Positions 12,430 through 22,606 of a DNA stretch of 64,000 nucleotides are shown here, piece after piece. How positions within the stretch are numbered: position 1 is the stretch's first letter; the number at the start of each line of letters is the position of its first letter. Below the pieces are notes generated by a model. The model did not search any database. It saw only the letters and a program-made list of their open reading frames with translations, and was not told where the DNA came from. The stretch is from Takakia lepidozioides (taxonomy: Eukaryota > Plantae > Bryophyta). A program made the position numbers and the translations under genes. The stretch lies in NCBI GenBank assembly GCA_030704615.1, contig CM060732.1:12710001-12774000 (forward strand), read 5' to 3'.

Positions 12430-14599
12430 GAATTTATGCAAGCATGTCAACTCATACTGGAGATGAGTAGCGTGAAGGAGGCCATGGTTCTGGTTCTCTG
12501 TGACGAAGGCGTATGGAACCTGTGGGAGGAGGTTTTCAAACAGTGGGAACAAATGAAGCTTATTGATATTTTCGGGATTCAGTGTAAGGGTGAACAGCTA
12601 CCGCTGACTAAAACCGCTATCGCGAAACTGCAAGGACTTAACAGCTGGCAGTTGAAAAGAGTGGCGGAGAAAATCCTAAACAGAGACATTTGCATTCGGG
12701 GAACGAAATTCAAGGGCGCGGACAAATCCAAAAACGCAATGAGTGCGTATATTGACCAAATGAAATTGCGACGGTTTATTATCGACGATGTAATGGAAGT
12801 CTTAGGGTGGCCTCGGAGGAGCAAACAGAACCCGGAACCATATACCAAACATGAGTGGCGGGATGTTAAAAAAAAATACAACTTCAACAAAGTTGTGTTT
12901 GAAACATTTCGAGATAGGCTCGGGAACGACTACATTGTTAGCAAACAGAAGATGAATATGGAGACGCAGCCAATGACTGCTGCCTTCACGAAGTATGTCT
13001 TGTTGTGCAAGCAGACCTTCGAGGATAACCAGAATGCCCTGGCGATTCTACGCACGAGCTTCAGGTCCCATTACACACAGCTGGGGGGGAACCAGAAATT
13101 TGCTGATGCCAAATCACGGTTGGGACTTGCACCAAAGAATCGGTTTGATGACATATCCATGGTGTTCGTCAATACATTTTGTGATGATGACTCTGTTGTC
13201 TTCGAGACAAATGACTACTCAAATATCTTGGATGCTTTTGTGGCTCGGCAGCTCATGTCCAGTGCTTTTGTGTTTTTCTCCACACAAGAATCATCGGGAA
13301 ATCTTGTGTCATACATCCGGAATGGCCCTGGATCAAAATCGTTTATTGTCCGACAGGGTTATTACATTCCCGGCAAGTTTGAATCACCTTACAGGAGCTG
13401 CACGACTATTTTCTCCCGGACGGTCCTCTGCCTCGACTACGTATTTCCGGCAACAGCTGAGGAGATGGTGAATCCGGACGACCACATTCAAACTGTTTTG
13501 TTATCGCCGGATCCAATTAATCCCGTTATCCAAGGACCAGATGTAGACCCGACCTCGCAGGAGAAGGAGTGCAAGACTTACAATCATGAGCCGAGGCCGA
13601 ACACCTACGATTACCTGGTTTTTTTTTTTTGCAGGGACGGAATGTCTTGTGTGAACATTTTCGGAGGACTGGCAATGACATACGTTCTGCTTGTAAGTGG
13701 ATTCTGCATCTTGGAATTGTCTGTGTTTTCAGTTTTCCCGGATTTAACTCTCGTATTATTGACGTTGTCGAAATAGCATGTTTAACCTGTGTCTGATTGT
13801 TTCCATTTTGTTAACCTCCACTGGGCAGTGGAGGTTCATGTTATTGGAGTTGTGGGTGTTTTGGGTGTTTGTTATTCTGCAGATTGGTGTGTTTAGTAGT
13901 TGTCTCAAAAGAAAGCCTATCGATGGTTGGTGTTCGTCGGATTTATTTTGATATCATTGTTTGGTTTCATTGCAGGAAAAAAATATTCGTGTGCTCGACA
14001 TAAACTTTGTAACAAAAAAGAAATTTTGTAGAAGCAAGGTGGAGGCCTATTTCAGGACCCTCCAGATTGACAATCAGACTATCGCAGGAGACGGAGATGA
14101 CGGAGACTCACTGCAGGATGACAAAGTGGACGAAAAAGATGATGACGAAGGACACGACAAGGATCAGGACAAGGAAATGGAGGAGAAACAAGAAGAGGAC
14201 GACGAGGAGGAGAAAGACGAAGATGAGAACATGGAAATCGTCAACGGAGTCCAGGGGCAGATGCGGCTAATGTTGGAAAGGGAAAGAGAGGGCCAGGAAA
14301 TTTCACGGTTGGATAATCTAGGTAGTACTCCAAATACCCAAGAACGCGTTGCACCACAAGATATACACAATCTGGACAGCTCTTCCTCCAGTTCCGATAA
14401 CACCACGAATAAGAATCTGGCTTCTCCAGGTGGACAAGAAGCGACATCGACGGAATTAGTTGAAACCCTCGGTCAAGGGTTCACACCTGTGGAAGGTGAC
14501 GAGCCATTGATTATGTCACCGGATCCCGTTAACAATCGTCGTGAGCTGGTGTCCCAGAATGTCACCCAGGATCTGGTTCTGGATGTAGGTAACGAATGA
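12430..14599 (+). pseudogene. 5'-truncated duplicate of the transposon cargo gene (helical region + degenerate methyltransferase-like domain + acidic tail)
   Basis: 446-aa ORF at 12436, intron ~13693-13975, acidic last exon. Same protein as 36778-38930 (-), but lacking the ParB-like N-terminal exons. Confidence 0.7.
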
Positions 14600-15305
14600 C
14601 AATTAGTGAAAGTTTATTCGTACACACTTCTGAATACAATATGACAATATTGTAATTATACATACTTGTGAGTGGAATAATCCGAATGTTATTTCAAAAT
14701 TACAATATTGTAATTATATATAATCCCAATGTTTTTCCCATATCCGTCTTTCTAGACTTCCGAATAAAACATATTTCCACCCGGATACATATTTCCGTTC
14801 GCACACCTTTGTGGACAGTCACTAACCGATTTGGATAACTTTTCTTGTAGATCCAAGAATCCAATTCAGAGGAAATGACACACACAAGAAAAGGATCAAA
14901 GGAGACTCAAACAGTGAAGAGACACGTGGATTTGACAGTGAGGGTCAGGTCACCTGATCCGGTTCTGCAAGTAACCTCCACTGTCCAGTCGACATTGCCA
15001 TCAAAGGACGCAGGGATTGAGTCGGAGAATCCTCTTACTCGCGGGGAAGGAGAAGAGATAGAGCACCACAAACGCGTAATCCAACAATAGATCCCGATTC
15101 GGGTAAAACATTGGTTTTTTTCTTATATCTTATTATTGGTCTTTCAGTCTCATCTTTGGTATTGCTCAATTCGGTAATTTTGTCAGATCATTTTGGACCA
15201 CCATAGTCGTCATCCGCGGGATTTTTCATTAATTTCCTGTAGATTCGTGAGACGACGTCTGAGGAGATCAAACACACGAGGACCGATTCCATCGACACTG
15301 AGACG

Positions 15306-16385
15306 ATGAAGAGAAGAGTGGATCGAACAATTATTGTCGCTCTATCTGAGCCGGTCATACAAGTTACCTCCACTGGACAGTCGAGGTTGCCATGTGGCTC
15401 CACAGATAAGGACGATAACGTTGGACGTAGAGATGGGAAAGAGGAGCAGCAGCCTGCCCAGGGATCTCAGCGGCCGACTCCAAAATTGGTAATGATTTCA
15501 ACTCCATTCTTCCGTTTGTCTACTTTGGGATTTCTCGAATTGAAATTAATAATGAATTCTTCTGTTATTCTACAGGACAACATGCATTACCCTCCAGTCG
15601 ACTATTCTCTTTCTGTCAATCCAAACGATCTGCATTCCCTTCCTTGGGGACCGAACGGATGCCGGCCATGATACTACGTCCTGGTTCTGGACATCAGTTA
15701 CCTTTGTGAGGTTTTCCTAAAGGATGGAAAGAAAACACCTCCTGCCACCAAGCCTTGTATCTCCGCAGGGAAATTCAAGTTAGCTACGCGAAACGGTCTT
15801 GACGAATTCGTGAAGTAGGCCGTCAAAAAGTTTGCCGTTTGTTTTTGGAACACTAGACCTGAAATGAACGTCGAGACTCTCGCCAAGGCCATGTTCGGGA
15901 AATACTATTCCCAGGTCAGAACTTACAGCAGTGAGAATTCCGTCATGCATAGATCGACATTCAAAGAAAAATGGCCCAAAGCTTCCAAAAATCTTATCTA
16001 TTTTAAACGTCTTTACGACATTTTCGCTAAGGAAGACCCGACAGCTTACAAATCCAATACTCTCCTCATCGACTCTGTAAACAATATGTACAAGTCCTAC
16101 TTGAACCCGTTAGGACATACCATCTTCCTTCCAAAATATAAGGCGCGCGTGGACCCTGACAGGGATAAATTTCTACTGGAAGAGCTCAAGCCTCATCTTA
16201 ACATGTTCCGGTTATCGGGGATGGATGTCGTGCCGTTCAACGACCTACATCTTTTCGGCGTTTCGAAGGATTTCTTCGAGGACGACCCAGCGGTCAAATT
16301 TCTTAGAGACTTTGATTATAGGTGGCAAAAGTTTCTTAGCAATCTCGAGTTGCGTGTCGCTGCATTGGGACATAAAATATTTTAA
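15306..16385 (+). pseudogene. FCP1/NIF-like (HAD superfamily) domain cargo gene 1, duplicate copy
   Basis: LVLDISYL..ATRNGLDEFVK*..FAVCFWN..YFKRLYDIF..NTLLIDS..YKSYLNP..DKFL. In-frame stops at 15669 and 15816. Confidence 0.65.
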
Positions 16386-16490
16386 CTGAGTTTGGTGAAC
16401 CTCGGCTGTCCAGTGGACGTTCTTGTTCACTTTCCTGGTGTCGGTTTTTCCAATGCATTGTACTGTTCCCTTTTATCATCCTAAGTATGA

Positions 16491-17238
16491 ATGACTCTCT
16501 GGCAGATTGGAGCACCTGTTTCTCCTCCTGCGCAAGGGTTGCATTTGATTATTTTTGACGTGAATGGAGTCTTGTGCAAAATCTTGAAGCATCAGAAGAG
16601 CTACAATGTCCCCCAGTTTTCAGAATCGGACTACAGAATTCCAGCTATTGTTGGATTCTGACTTGTCTTTAGACGGGAGAAATATCGCGAAGTGTGGACA
16701 AAGTTGCACAAACACTACCGGTTAGGGATTTGGAGCTCTATGATGTACAAGAACTTGCAGCCCATCCTGGATTTCTTGCTTCGTGGTCTACCTCAACCGG
16801 CCTTTGTTATGTCTCAAGAGGATTGTATTTCATGCCCTACTTCGGTTCACCCTCAATTCAAATCAGGATTGGACCCTCCTCATTTGTTTTTGAAGCCACT
16901 GGTCAAGGTTTGGAAGGGATTTTTGTGGGCAATACACTAAGAGTAACACTCTGCTCATTGACGACACCGCCATGAAGTGTGTATTGAACCTGCTCGACTC
17001 ATGTCTTGTTCTCAAACCGTTCCAGACCGTTGAGATTGATGGTTGCTATCTTCTCAAGGTTCTTCAGACCTATTTGCTTGGAATGAGGAAACATCCCACT
17101 TTTTCAAGCTATCTTAGGAAAAAACGGATAGGGTTGAGTCTTTTTGCCAATGTTTCAAACGATCCCAAGTTTAGCCCACTCTGGGATTTTATTGAGGACA
17201 ACGGTTTTAAGAGTCTCAGATATGATGCTTCAAAATAA
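16491..17238 (+). pseudogene. FCP1/NIF-like domain cargo gene 2, disrupted duplicate copy
   Basis: LIIFDVNGVL..GIWSS..MSQEDC..LFLKPL..NTLLIDDT..KC. Has a stop and frameshifts relative to the intact copy at 34147-34893. Confidence 0.75.
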
Positions 17239-18789
17239 ATTATTTTTTATCAATCCCATCTCACTCGAGCTATTGAATATCTTCATGGTTTCTCTTTTTC
17301 ATTTCCTTGTAATCACACACGTGAAAGATATGGTACTCTCATTTTGACTCATTTTCAGTTGAATTCTTGACGCACATTCCGGGCAATCCCAAGACTCTGA
17401 TACAGGCCTTCATACGGGGACAAGACTATATCTAGTGACCTCCACTGTTCAGTGGAGGTTCACATTCGTGCATTCTCGGATTTATGATTATGTCTCTTTG
17501 GCAGGTTCAAGGAGATGCTGACAACGTCATCGGTTCCTCAAGTCCCCTAAAGGAACCCTCCGGATCAGCTGTGAGTCGGAGTATTGAAGGCTTTCCGAGG
17601 GTTCACGATAGTGCTCAAATTGAGGATGGATCCTCTAACAGACCCTTGTCCTCCCGGGAAGCGGGCGACACTCTTCTCCTCTCGGGTCCTCCTGGGGGTA
17701 AAGTCCAAGGTGCAGGTGAAGAACACAAATATCCCGGAGACTTTATCGACCTTTCCTAACATTCCTCACCCTCCCTGTTCAGTACGCAGGGTCTGGTCTA
17801 TCCAACCGTCAGGGACTCGGCTACGGCTCCGCTGCACCTGCTTCCGTCTCTTCCTCGCATATCTCCCCAGCACGAGGGTTGGACAACCCAAATCCGCAGG
17901 AGTCAGGTGACTTAAACTCATTTCTTGCTCCTTGCTCATTCTCCTAGTTTCACTTAGTTTGGGGTCTGATATTCATCTGTCGCTCTAGGTAAGAAAATCT
18001 GTAAATTATGACCTTCCTGTCAAACGACGTCTGCATTGGAATGCAGTTCCGAGGTAAATTATTCCTTCGTTGCGTTTTCATTCCATCCAGGATGTCGAGT
18101 GCTCAAGGGACAATTTTCTGTGCTTGCCTGTTGTTGCCCCTCCACTTTTCTCGTCGTTCAATGGCAAAACATCTCCAACATCGACACAGCGTGACCCTGA
18201 ACTGCTCGCACAATGTTCTGCACCAAAGAGGCAAAAAAGAGCCCCCGAGCCATTTCCTTCATCTGCAGGAATCATTCCAAAGGACAAAAGGCTGACAAGA
18301 AAAAAAGAGCGGACTCCAAACACTTGAGGACTCTCTCGGATGTTGTGGCGCCTCGTCAATTCAAGCCCGCGGGTATCCACTATTCTTCTGCAAGACATTC
18401 CAATAAGGCTTCAACGATACATTTCAAAACAATTTCTCCACTTTCGTTTGCAGTTTGTTTTTCTGTCCCAAACTAACTCCGTAATTTCTATACAAGCGAG
18501 TATGAGCCGCATAACTTCTTGAATGCGCCTCTCGACAAGGTGCATCCACTAACCTCCACTTGACAACCGACGTTCATCTTTTCGTGATCTCGAACTCTTC
18601 GATATATGGTCTACTCTTGGTCCTTTACAGTAGTCCATTGTCGGGACACTTATGTCTCCGAATACGTAGAGGTCACTCTGAAACTAAGAAACACTACATC
18701 GTGTTGTTTCTGACGGCGAGAACACTTAAATTGCGCAGGATGGTATCGTCCATCAACCTTCATTTGCCACATCGGGGTAGAATATATGG

Positions 18790-19506
18790 ATGCTGTTAAT
18801 ATTGAGTGTCAACGGTCTCCTTTGTTACCGGCCACCTCCAACCAGCGGGTGAATTGTTTAAGGAGAGATTTCGTTTCAGGAAAGTTACAGTTCATGTTCC
18901 CGAAAGACCTTTTGTGGTTCCCGGCCCTGAGTCTTGGAGTTTCTCAACCTTGCGTTCATGCATTTTCACGTGGCGATCTGGTCATGTGCTGAAAGACATG
19001 TTCTTTGTAGGATGTTCGAGTGCTTAGTTCCTACGAAAATTGCGAAGAAGTTTTGCTTCATCTGGTCAGCTGAGGATTGCAAAGACAGTACCGGTTACAT
19101 CATGCTTGGGATGAAATATCTCGTTAAGGATATTCGCACTGTTCTTGTCAAGTACCCTGATACACCCTTTGCAACTCAAAGACAAATACTCATTGTTGAT
19201 GATAAGCCATCAAAGGGCCTCCGAAACCCACCACATACTGGATTCTTCCTTATTTCATACAAACCATCACCAAAGGGATTGGTTGACCAGGATGATATGA
19301 CAAAAACTATGTGGCCATATATATTGAAAATGGCTGCAGCTTCAACAGTCGTAGATTACATTAGCGAGAACCCTGCCAAGTGTTCTCGTAAGCCTATTGG
19401 TTGTGACCATGCCTATTGGTTGTGACCATGCCTATTGGGCTTGGTATGGAAGATATGTTGATCCTCGTGTTTGGATCCCACAACAAAAGGAACCTGATTA
19501 CCTTGG
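18790..19506 (+). pseudogene. FCP1/NIF-like domain cargo gene 3
   Basis: MLLILSVNGLLCY..(frameshifts)..FHVAIWSCA..FIWSAEDC..KDIRTV..ILIVDDKPSKGLRNP. 19-bp tandem duplication at ~19393-19437. Confidence 0.7.
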
Positions 19507-20379
19507 TATGTACTTATTCCACTGTTTGTTGTTTATAGAGAATTTGATCTTGAAAGTGTCTTCCACTTGCACTTTTACTTTATCATTTTTTCTACAAATT
19601 TCCATATTTCAGCTGACATTTGTCATATGAAAAATTGTTTTGCCCAGTCACATTCAATGAGCGAATTCGAAAAGAAGAAGAAGAGCTTCGTGATGCAGGC
19701 TTCAAGGGCATCAAGAGATTCAACAAGTAGAGTTCCAAGTAACATTTCGGATGATAATGTTACTACTAGGTTTGAGTTCTCCGAAAGTATTTCCGTTTCA
19801 TCTGGTGCGGAGACCGTTGCAAGTGGTTGTGGTAACCGGAGGCGTCTTCGAACACATGCCTTGATTGCGAGCCGTTTGGGAGGAGGCTCTGTAATATTAA
19901 TGGTTTAGTGTAAGCCGTTGTATGGCTTCGAGCCGCTGAATAACATTAAGTCCAACGGATGTACAGTTGACATTACATTATGTCTGACTGCAACGCCAAA
20001 GTTGCAATCTCTAATAAAATATGAATGTTTATCATCAATGTATGTGGACACATTCTTTCATATCATCCTCTTCATCACATGCCATGATTGTTCTATGTTT
20101 GGTTTTGTATGTCATCTGATATGGCAACAATTTTTTGCAAAACGTTTTACATATCTGATCTCACATCATGGTGTAATTTATTGCATCCTCCCATTTTTTT
20201 CGTGAACGTCAACTTCGCAATGGATGTTCTTCTAAAACCACAATACATACTTATATTGTCTCCAAAAAATGTTTGGAGGATTATATTGTGTATAAAATAA
20301 CCAAAATAATCATATATATCGCTTTATTTCAATAATAAATTTTGTTTATTCATATTTCTCATATTATTTCTGGACCAAA

Positions 20380-20410
20380 CAAAAGTCCAGAATTAGTTAA
20401 AATAGTGTTT
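20380..20410. repeat. terminal inverted repeat of giant DNA transposon (flipped by inversion)
   Basis: CAAAAGTCCAGAATTAGTTAAAATAGTGTTT, 29/31 identical to 50096-50126. Abuts the Copia RT codons GAG TTC TTG (E-F-L). Confidence 0.9.
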
Positions 20411-20629
20411 GGAGTTCTTGCATCGACCTTACGGCATCATAATGTCTCACAAAAGATTCATTCTTAAATGCCTTGATGATTTAGGTCTGGCAGAATGTTA
20501 TCCTTCACCCGTTCCTCTCCCATAAGGGACTAAGCTTTCCCTCGACATGTCTATACCTCTTGTGGATCCCACTGAATATCGGTGCATGGTAGGGAAACTC
20601 TTACACATCACCCATACTCGTCCAGATAT
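20411..20629 (+). pseudogene. Ty1/Copia RT middle fragment (inverted)
   Basis: EFLHRPYGIIMSHKRFILKCL..DPTEYRCMVGKLLHITHTRPD exactly bridges LGV (50127, -) and ISYAVG (7303, -). Confidence 0.93.
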
Positions 20630-21264
20630 TGTCACGGACATAGCCCAGAGGAACTTACCAGGAGTAAATACCAGAAGTTACCAAGTTACATGTTACTGGA
20701 AGTTACCATGATTTACCGTGATTTACCATGATCTACCATGATTTACCATTACTTACCATGTTACCGGGAGTTTACCAAATTACCAAGAGTAACTTGGGAA
20801 ACTGCTCAGGAAGCTCTTTTTGGGGGAAACTTCTCCATCAAGATACCTCCTTTGTTTAAGGAAGCTTCTCCATCAAGAAACCTTTGTTTACTCTTGGAAA
20901 CTTCTCCATCAAGAAACCTCCATAGGGGAAGCTTCTTAGGAGACTTCTTAGTAGCCAGTATATATAGGAGGCGAAACTGGACACTCTTCAGTCTCGCCAA
21001 CACCAGTTCAAGCTACTCTTGTTTCTAGTGCCCAGTACTCCAGTCCAGTTCCCAGTACTCTAGCCTAATTTCCAATCCAGTTTCCAGCATTCCAGTATTC
21101 AAGTCGTGTTCCAATATCTTGTACTCTTGTTTATTGTTATAAAGATCGTCTTGATTCTTATTTACTCATCGTGCATACGGCCACGCCGACCTTGACTTCT
21201 TGTCTAGTCTTTTACCTCTAATCCGATCTCTTGTTTGTGTTCAGTCATGTTCTTGTCCTTGATA
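20630..21264 (+). repeat. 5' LTR of chromovirus element
   Basis: TGTCACGGAC...CTTGATA, preceded by TSD GATAT (20625-20629). TATATATA at 20959. Followed by a non-tRNA PBS and gag. Confidence 0.93.
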
Positions 21265-21302
21265 GTTTGACGAGACTAAAGTTTGTTCCTTAGTTGGTTA
21301 AG

Positions 21303-21808
21303 ATGGAAGACACATTTGCGGAAATGGTCGTCACATTGCAGAGTCTTCAGCTCCAGATGCAAGAACTTCGTGCCTCTACTGCCCAACTACAAATTGATCA
21401 GTTTCAAGATCTTGGCAACGCTCTCAACAATTTGCAACAACAAATTTCAGAGTTGAAGGAGTCGAACAATGGATCTTCAACCTTACGAGTCCCTACTACA
21501 ACAAATCATATTGCAACGGTTTCTCCAAATCTTCAACAGATTACAAGGGAACCAAAGGTCAGCATGTCCGAAAAATTTGATGGAACGAGATCAAGAGTTC
21601 GCGGTTTTGTTGAACAAGTACGATTGTTCCTACGACTACATCCATAACGCTACCCTGATGAAGGTATTCAAGAGGGATTCGTGGGCACCCTTCTATCAGG
21701 CACGGCCCTATCTTGGTTTGCACCGCTATTAGAGAAAAATTCGCATTTATTATACAATTTTGAAGCGTTCATGTCCGAGTTCACTACAACGTTTGGAGAG
21801 AATGATAG
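21303..21808 (+). pseudogene. chromovirus gag, 5' part
   Basis: MEDTFAEM..REPKVSMSEKFDGTRSRVRGF..GTLLSGTALSWFAPL..FGEND (retrotransposon gag). Interrupted at ATAG. Confidence 0.88.
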
Positions 21809-22259
21809 TGTCGTGCGCATACATATCGCTACACAACTACATCGCTGTCCAAACCACACCACACATATATGCACAATAAAGTAGTCTGCCACAATCGCCC
21901 CCGATAAACAAGCTAAAAAAAGGACACACACTCCCAACACAAGAAATATAAAATCCATCGCTATCACTCATTGAAACTGAAGTCGAGCCAGGGGCACCCC
22001 AAGCTATGGGGACTCCACCCCACAACAACCTGTACCCCTACATAAGCACACTCAAACCTAAACACATGCAGGAGCTCGGTCGCGCAGGCTCAACTCGAGA
22101 AAGATGAGCCGCGCGACTGCCGCTCTCGTGAAGATAAGACGGACCAGGTGTCAAACTAAACTTGACACCTGATTTAACACTTGACCTAAATCCAAGTGTT
22201 AAATACAAATAACTAGTTCTATTCTAGCTGTTTTCACACTGTGCTTATTTAACTTGACA
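21809..22259 (-). repeat. 451-bp LTR of the DNMT-carrying Gypsy element (copy 1)
   Basis: TG...CA termini (TGTCGTGCGC...AACTTGACA). Near-identical to 32700-33150. 4-bp TSD ATAG at 21805-21808 and 33151-33154. Orientation inferred from the GT-rich U5-like end on the minus strand. Confidence 0.85.
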
Positions 22260-22261
22260 GC

Positions 22262-22355
22262 TGTCGTGCGCATATATATCGCTACACAACTACATCGCTG
22301 TCCAAACCACACCACACATATATGCACAATAAAGTAGTCTCCCACAATCGCCCCC
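22262..22355 (-). repeat. 94-bp truncated third LTR copy fused to the pol 3' UTR
   Basis: Matches 21809-21902 and joins unique 3'-UTR sequence at a C-run (G-run/PPT on the minus strand). Confidence 0.85.
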
Positions 22356-22606
22356 CTAGCTGGTGGATAGGTCCCTCTACCTCCAGATAGCTACAAGATG
22401 TAATAGCCACAGCCGTACTAAGTCCTCTATCACTGTCCCTATTGTACTCAAACTCTATAGACCAAGAGGCCGGGTACAAGAGTAGCCCCATCGTTAGTCG
22501 TCATCTTGCAATCTGTGAACTTGAGCCAGGACCTCGTGTGTTCAAGGTCTCCTAGTAGCTGGGCCTTGCATTTCTTGTTAGCCTTCCATGGTTGTATCCA
22601 CTCCCA

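Larger units (their letters stand above)
12028..17717 (+). repeat. 5.7-kb inverted duplicate of 33678-39324 (giant DNA-transposon cargo)
   Basis: Paired ORFs (e.g. 15864-16385 + vs 34999-35520 -; 12436 + vs 38916 -) are near-identical. Homology starts at 12028/39324 and ends at 17717/33678. Confidence 0.95.

Noticed and set aside
12028-17717. Inverted duplicate as a pure assembly artefact
   Set aside because: The copies differ by many substitutions and indels with private lesions, and the junction has a structured filler. Long-read confirmation is still advisable.
20380-20410. Classifying the giant element as CACTA because the TIR contains CACTA
   Set aside because: CACTA is preceded by AAA in one end and reads CCCTA in the other, there is no matching 3-bp TSD at that position, and the transposase motifs are not TnpD-like.
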